Assembly (NCBI GenBank): GCA_051294905.1
Contig: CM119373.1
Span: forward strand, 29,388,001 to 29,452,000
DNA length: 64,000 nucleotides
Reading direction: 5' to 3'
Source: Botryllus schlosseri
Lineage: Eukaryota
Shown: positions 58,682 to 64,000 of the stretch, piece after piece
Layout: each line of letters opens with the position of its first letter
Numbering within the stretch: position 1 is the first letter of the stretch
Translations under genes and position numbers: made by a program
The notes under the pieces: generated by a model
Seen by the model: only the letters and a program-made list of their open reading frames with translations
The model's database searches: none
Told to the model about the DNA's origin: nothing

Positions 58682-61600
58682 AGACAAATTGATATTTCAA
58701 CACATAAAAACTTTACATAACTCTTCTTTACCTTTATTTACATTTCTTGATATGCCGGATGACCCTCTACAGCCCGATTTTACGGAATTGTTTGGTAGCC
58801 AATTGTTGTATTTGGTTGATACAGCAACTGGTACAAAATTCCTAGCTGACACGGGGAGCATCCCCAATTTAATAATGAAAAACGTAATTATAACTAAATA
58901 CCCACAAAGCTGGGAGGAACGTCAACCAATAGATATGGAATTGACTGGAATAGGCGGCTCGTCCCAAGTGGACTCCTTTGTAGTGATTGATTTTGATGGG
59001 CTGTCTGTTCCATTTGTGACCGGATCAGGAGTCCCACTTAATATCATAGGGCTGAAATGGATTGAGGAAGTCCAACAATTACCAGGCATCACTGCTGAAT
59101 TCAAAACCCCGTCTAACGCAAATGTGGAGTTGTCTTTAGTATCACTACTTGAAGAGAATCTTTGTGATCAGAGTAACGGAACCAAAGTCGGAAGCAGTAT
59201 TAGCTACACTGTAACCGACGATGGGTTGATGGATGCTGCAAATCAAAGTAGCGTGAAGCGGAAAATTGCCGCTGGCGCGAGTACCGAGATGGAAATGACC
59301 ACCGGTGCGAGTGACGAGTTGAAGTTAGCAACTAGCGTCACACATAACCCATGGGAATCTATAGGTGTTGAGACAGGAATTCCTGCTGACACCGTAAATG
59401 AAGACGTCGAGCGTGGAATCCCCGCTGGCGTAAAGTTGGACCTGCACGAGAAAACTGGTCCTAAATGCTTGCGTGGATGCACTTGTCCGAATAACCTTAA
59501 TGATTCGGCCCATAGCTGCATGACGACAGCCACAGTAATGAGTACTTTCCCAGAAGGTTCAAATGAAGCAGCAATTGCCGGTCAACCGGATACACATCCG
59601 GAGATGTCCGACAAGGAGTCTGGGGATTTTAGGATGCACGTCTCCCCAGAAAAAGGGTCCCCGGCGGAAAATGAGTCCGTCGGCGTGGCGGTAGGTGCGG
59701 GCACGCGCCGAGACCAGAGGCCTACATCGAAGGACCTCGCTCTCTCTCCACCAACACCAACAATCCGGTCATCACGAATCTCAAACCAGCCTATGGCTGG
59801 ACCAGTCACTACGTATGTTTTACAGAAAGACACTCACCCACGAGTCAAGACGGAGCTCGAAAATCTTTGCGCACAATCGGTAGCGTTGGCCAAACTCCCA
59901 TACAAACCTCCTGATCTGACGTCTCCAGAAAATACCATTATCTCTGATGATGTCTGGAAAGCCATCTACGCACCATTTGCGTCCGAGCTCGAGGACCTGC
60001 GGAGCCACCTTGGCGGCCCGCAAACCATGAAGTACAAATGCGACATCGAGCTTAAAGATCCTTCGACGAAACCATTTGTGTCTGGGCCTTATAATCTGAA
60101 GGGGGAGGGCCAGGCGAAAGCATTGAAAGAAGCAGTAGACAACTTCCTGGACTTGGGCGTTATCGAAAGAGGTTTTGCCGAATGGAAGTTGGCTATCTTT
60201 GTGGTCCCCCAGAAAATGAATGAGAGACAAAAACAGGAGGACGGATGGAAGCAAGCATGGAGAGTAGTACAGAATCTCCAACCCCTTAATGCGGCCATAA
60301 AATCGATAGAAGTACCTCCACCTCTTGTACCGGACGTAAAGCAGCTCGCCCAAGGCAGAGAAGTGCTTTCTCTCCTTGATTTGAAGAAGGCCTATTTCCA
60401 CATGGATGTAACGGAAAGATCTAAACAATATATGGGTATAGCCATCAAAGGGATGCATGTAAGATGGCGTAAAATGCCGATGGGGCTTAAAACCGCTGTG
60501 GCTCTTTGGAGCGCGAATATGCAGGAATGCGTGGTGAAACCTATCACGGAAAAATACCAACAACACATGAAACAGGTTGGCAGAGCAGACGAGGAAAATG
60601 CGACGCCTATGGAGGCCTACATAGACGATATTTTCCTCAGCACAAAAACTGTAGAAGACCACTTATTGCTGCTACGCATGGTATTTGAACAGCTTGCCAA
60701 AATGAAACTAACAGTTAGCATCAATAAATGTTTCATTGGAAAACGGAGGGTGAACCTTTTGGGGGCAACCTTGACGGGGAAGGAAATTGAGGTTCAGCCC
60801 GAAAGAATAAGGGCTTTACGCGAACTCTCACCACCCCATAATGTGTACGAGTTAAGGGGGTGGATTGGCGCGCTTCGCTATATCTCGGAGCATATACCTG
60901 AGTTAAGTTTGAAGCTGGCTAAATTCGATGCGCTAACAGGCAAGGTCCCTGCGACACAAGGACGAATGACGCCTGTGTTATGGACCGATGAATTACTGCA
61001 GGATTTCAAAATGGCACAAGCAGCCCTTGATGATACTAAGGTCTTGTACCATCTAGATCCAAATCTTCCCATTTTTGTGGAAACAGACGCCTCAGATGTT
61101 GGGTTTGGGTCAATCATTTTCCAGACGGAAAAAGGATGTAAACCGCCTTTCGAAAAGGTCTACCCAATTGCTTATTACAGCCAGAAATGGGTAACTCCAG
61201 CGGCAAAAGCCTATGATCCGTGCACAAAGGAATTGAAAGCCTTAAAGGATTCGGTCGAAAAATGGCAGTCAATGTTGAGAGCCTTACCCTTTACAATAAT
61301 TACTGACAATACTGGGGTATTTGGACTTCTCAAAAGAATGACGGACAAGGCAAAACACCCAAGCCCAAAACCCCTTATTCAGAGGTGGCTCAATCATCTC
61401 GCAGGATTCCAAATAAACGAGGTAATTCATTTAAGCACGATGCAAGTATTCACGTCAGATGGATTGTCTCGATCATATTGGATGGAAATGGCAGCGGGAG
61501 AAGAAGATCCACATGTTTGGGCGACGATTCCCAAGAAAAAAAGCGTTCAAGACCAGCAGAAAATGCCTCGACCGGAGAAAATACAGCACAAATTGATGGC

Positions 61601-62072
61601 CCATTGTCGACATGAGCCTTGTGACAAATCGGTGGATGGGTACCATCCCTGGGAAGATATTTGTGAAATCATTAAAATAAAGACCGGGGTGGAAATGAAA
61701 ATGGAAGAATTAAAAGACGTCATGAAAAGGTGCGACAGGGCAATTGTCTCAGAAAATGGATTGGCGGCTGCCCACGGGCATACACAAGGGAAGCCTCCTC
61801 AATATTGTAAATATGAAGGTAACGAGGTATTGTACCACATGACGACTGAAAACAATGCAAGACAGATAATGTCTAAAGGCATTGAACGAATGAAAAGGAG
61901 ATTCATTCATTTGAGCAAAACGATAACGAAGAAAAGCAAAAAACGTAATGTGGTAATTTGCATGAAAGCAGCAGAGATAAGAAATGAAGGGCTATTACTG
62001 CTGCAATCAAACGTGAAAAATGTGGTATTGTGTGAAGGCCCTATACCACCAACAGTCATACAAAAATTGTAA
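58653..62072 (+). CDS. pol: Pol polyprotein: aspartic protease, reverse transcriptase, RNase H and a Tpt1/KptA-like domain; no integrase
   Basis: FLADTGS (58848), LDLKKAYFH, MPMGLK, YIDD (60618-60629), TDASD (61083), ELKAL, TDN, DGLSR; then CRH...GHT...LYHMT...GIERMKRRFIHLS...IPP. Expressed by frameshift; the start shown is the ORF-track GTG. Confidence 0.93.
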   Translation: MLIDPVNQLPDKLIFQHIKTLHNSSLPLFTFLDMPDDPLQPDFTELFGSQLLYLVDTATGTKFLADTGSIPNLIMKNVIITKYPQSWEERQPIDMELTGIGGSSQVDSFVVIDFDGLSVPFVTGSGVPLNIIGLKWIEEVQQLPGITAEFKTPSNANVELSLVSLLEENLCDQSNGTKVGSSISYTVTDDGLMDAANQSSVKRKIAAGASTEMEMTTGASDELKLATSVTHNPWESIGVETGIPADTVNEDVERGIPAGVKLDLHEKTGPKCLRGCTCPNNLNDSAHSCMTTATVMSTFPEGSNEAAIAGQPDTHPEMSDKESGDFRMHVSPEKGSPAENESVGVAVGAGTRRDQRPTSKDLALSPPTPTIRSSRISNQPMAGPVTTYVLQKDTHPRVKTELENLCAQSVALAKLPYKPPDLTSPENTIISDDVWKAIYAPFASELEDLRSHLGGPQTMKYKCDIELKDPSTKPFVSGPYNLKGEGQAKALKEAVDNFLDLGVIERGFAEWKLAIFVVPQKMNERQKQEDGWKQAWRVVQNLQPLNAAIKSIEVPPPLVPDVKQLAQGREVLSLLDLKKAYFHMDVTERSKQYMGIAIKGMHVRWRKMPMGLKTAVALWSANMQECVVKPITEKYQQHMKQVGRADEENATPMEAYIDDIFLSTKTVEDHLLLLRMVFEQLAKMKLTVSINKCFIGKRRVNLLGATLTGKEIEVQPERIRALRELSPPHNVYELRGWIGALRYISEHIPELSLKLAKFDALTGKVPATQGRMTPVLWTDELLQDFKMAQAALDDTKVLYHLDPNLPIFVETDASDVGFGSIIFQTEKGCKPPFEKVYPIAYYSQKWVTPAAKAYDPCTKELKALKDSVEKWQSMLRALPFTIITDNTGVFGLLKRMTDKAKHPSPKPLIQRWLNHLAGFQINEVIHLSTMQVFTSDGLSRSYWMEMAAGEEDPHVWATIPKKKSVQDQQKMPRPEKIQHKLMAHCRHEPCDKSVDGYHPWEDICEIIKIKTGVEMKMEELKDVMKRCDRAIVSENGLAAAHGHTQGKPPQYCKYEGNEVLYHMTTENNARQIMSKGIERMKRRFIHLSKTITKKSKKRNVVICMKAAEIRNEGLLLLQSNVKNVVLCEGPIPPTVIQKL
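61575..62069 (+). other. RNA 2'-phosphotransferase (Tpt1/KptA, PTS_2-RNA)-like domain at the Pol C-terminus
   Basis: Tpt1 motifs in the expected order and spacing: RH (61608-61613), DGY, DRA, AHGHT, LYHMT (61830-61844), MKRRFIHLS (61890-61916), S-N...VVL...IPP. Confidence 0.8.
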
Positions 62073-62880
62073 ATACATATTGGCAGAGTGTAACTAAGTA
62101 TTATAAGACGGGTAAACGGACAAAAAAAAACCTATAATGGGAGTAAACGGAAAAAACCGAAACCTCGTAACTAGAAAAAATGCTGAGTCAGCACATTTTA
62201 AGCTCGTGTGGAAAAACGAGAGAAAAAGAAAAAAAAAGAAATAGGGGTTTAAGTGATAAAAGAAGGTAATTGAATTAAATGATCATGGGGAATCATGATG
62301 AATGACGTCAAGTATACACACGAGTAAAGCGGGCATATACTGCATTAGTTCCCAATGTTTTGTTGTTCGACCAATCTAGTCCCCAGTAAATTCCATGATA
62401 GTGTTCAGCGTTCGTGACCACATTTTCTTGAAGCGAATGCACACTTGTACCTGAAAGCATGAGGAATATGGATCGTCATTCATAAACATATGTCAATTAT
62501 GTGGTAGATGAAGGCGCCAATGGCTGCGACTATGTATGGGAGGTGACAGGGTGACTTCTAGGGGAGAAAATTCAGATACCTTTGACCTTAGTCGTAATTT
62601 TGTAGTAAAACTATGTTTAAAATTCATTCAATCCGAGCACCCATCCAACCATACGCCCCCAGTCTACAATACCGCAAACCATTTCAGCGCAATCGCTGCA
62701 AAGACGTAACTCGCTAAGTACATGATGTCTACAGATCACTATGTGATCATACTGAGAACCAGGACTACATGCCAGTACTGTATGGAGATATATACCAGCA
62801 AGGTGGTAGTGGATTATCTTCATGTGTACCACCTTCTTGTGCCTTCATGGAGTGGTACGCGAAAACAGTAAAGACCACAG

Positions 62881-63758
62881 CAGTGGTTCTCAACCAGGGG
62901 TCCGCGGACCCCTGGGGGTCCGTGAAGCATTTTCAGAAGGTCCGCGAAGCCTCAAAATATTTGATAACCTAATTTGTATTTTTTTTAATTCGGAAAATCA
63001 CAAGGCAGTTTCGCTTCATTACTAGTAAAACTTCCGAACTCACATACACAGAATGGCCGTCTGAGATGAAATATTCTACAGTACAGACTCATTTTAATTG
63101 CTAAATTGCCATTAGCCCACTGATTCAAACATTTTGCTGTTTAGAGATGTTTTGTTGGGGATTGTTGGAAAGAAAAGTTGGATGAGTAAGGTCAATCACG
63201 GCGACTTCGAAATATTTACAAAAATTCACTTTCTCCTGTGATACATAACCATTTTTTCATAATAACTTCAAGATAAGCTGCTAGATAAAAATGACCAGGC
63301 TTGACGTTATTTGATCATTAAAAAATTGTTTGTCAATTTTGGTGCCATATATTTGTTGCGATCATATACCCAAATGTGTCGTTGGAAGCGTTCCGCGTTA
63401 TAATTACATTCGCCACTATCTATATTTGTGGAAATGTATTTTTGGCACTCGTTCATGTAAAATCGAAGGCGCGGATTTTCAAGACACGACCACCTATTTC
63501 AAGAAATTGCAGAAGTCGCTTAGAAATAATAGAAGTCAACCCAGTTTCTACATGAATAGTATGATCTCATTTTCAAGAAAAGTGATTTTGGTGATGTTTA
63601 TCACTAAGGGTATACACTATACAGTTATCATTTTGCACAAGACAGATGACGATTGCACGATAATTGAGCTAAATTTGGACTAAAACTTCGTGGGGGGTCC
63701 GCGGAGTCCATGACGGTCCGAAAGGGGTCCGCGAACACAAAAAGGTTGAGAACCACTG
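62881..63758. mobile_element. hAT-type non-autonomous element with GGGGTCCGCG motifs
   Basis: TIR CAGTGGTTCTCAACC / GGTTGAGAACCACTG; TSD GACCACAG / CACTACAG (6/8). Confidence 0.85.
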
Positions 63759-64000
63759 CACTACAGCATATGGTATATCCCCATAATAATTAATGTACTA
63801 GACCTGCCTACCGGATCAAGCCAGACAACACAATTATGTGGGAAGTACCTCGATAGCTAGGAAGGAGAATTTCCAATGCGAAAGGCTATGATCGTTATAG
63901 CGTAGAATCGATCCCGTCGAGGAGGGTATATATTAGGATAGCGTATTTATCGATTTGCATCCTGATAAGGACGCCAGTGGAGGAACATTTTTTACTCTGT

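Larger units (their letters stand above)
24700..62350 (+). mobile_element. Giant endogenous reverse-transcribing virus-like element, about 37.6 kb; ends approximate
   Basis: Co-oriented DDE, env, env-paralogue, accessory, PBS, gag and pol genes with open reading frames largely intact; no paired LTR or TIR found. Confidence 0.8.

Noticed and set aside
59820-60662. 280-aa antisense ORF within pol, and other short antisense or overlapping ORFs in the track
   Set aside because: Shadow frames of real genes or repeats, with no motifs or independent signals.
61590-61630. HCRHEPC as an integrase HHCC zinc finger
   Set aside because: The spacing does not fit H-X3-7-H-X23-32-C-X2-C, no D-D35-E core follows, and the downstream motifs fit Tpt1.
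24668-62355. Candidate target-site duplications GTTCCCAA (24668-24675 and 62348-62355) and GCATTAGTT (24730-24738 and 62342-62350)
   Set aside because: The sizes fit Merlin/IS1595, but 8-9 bp matches are expected by chance when comparing several hundred bases at each end, and neither is accompanied by TIRs. Kept only as boundary hints; the empty-site allele is needed.

Overview
Eukaryotic (invertebrate animal) genomic DNA; no prokaryotic features, rRNA, tRNA genes or CRISPR arrays were seen. 1-24.6 kb and about 62.4-64 kb are host sequence: a complete but disabled PIF/Harbinger transposon (2773-6711, TAA target duplication), many hAT-type MITEs with 8-bp target duplications, two inverted LINE 3' fragments, and two intronless MS4A/CD20-like four-TM paralogues. 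From about 24.7 to 62.3 kb lies a roughly 37.6-kb endogenous reverse-transcribing virus-like element with every recognisable gene on the + strand. Its order is: IS1595/Merlin-type DDE gene, class I-like fusion Env, a paralogous mucin-stalk glycoprotein, about 8 kb of ORF-free host-like DNA, 14 accessory ORFs (WRPW acidic protein, LRR protein, second DDE gene, 3xBIR-RING IAP, ubiquitin E2, two orphan paralogue families), a single promoter/leader region, a tRNA-Ile primer-binding site, gag (CCHC knuckle), a -1 frameshift signal, and pol. Pol reads PR-RT-RNase H and then, instead of an integrase, ends in a Tpt1/KptA-like (RNA 2'-phosphotransferase, ADP-ribosyltransferase fold) domain. Joining the two ends restores leader-PBS-gag-pol-DDE-env, which suggests an integrated, circularly permuted genome. 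I found no paired LTRs or TIRs, so the exact ends are not resolved. All family assignments come from motif recognition by eye; no database searches were run.
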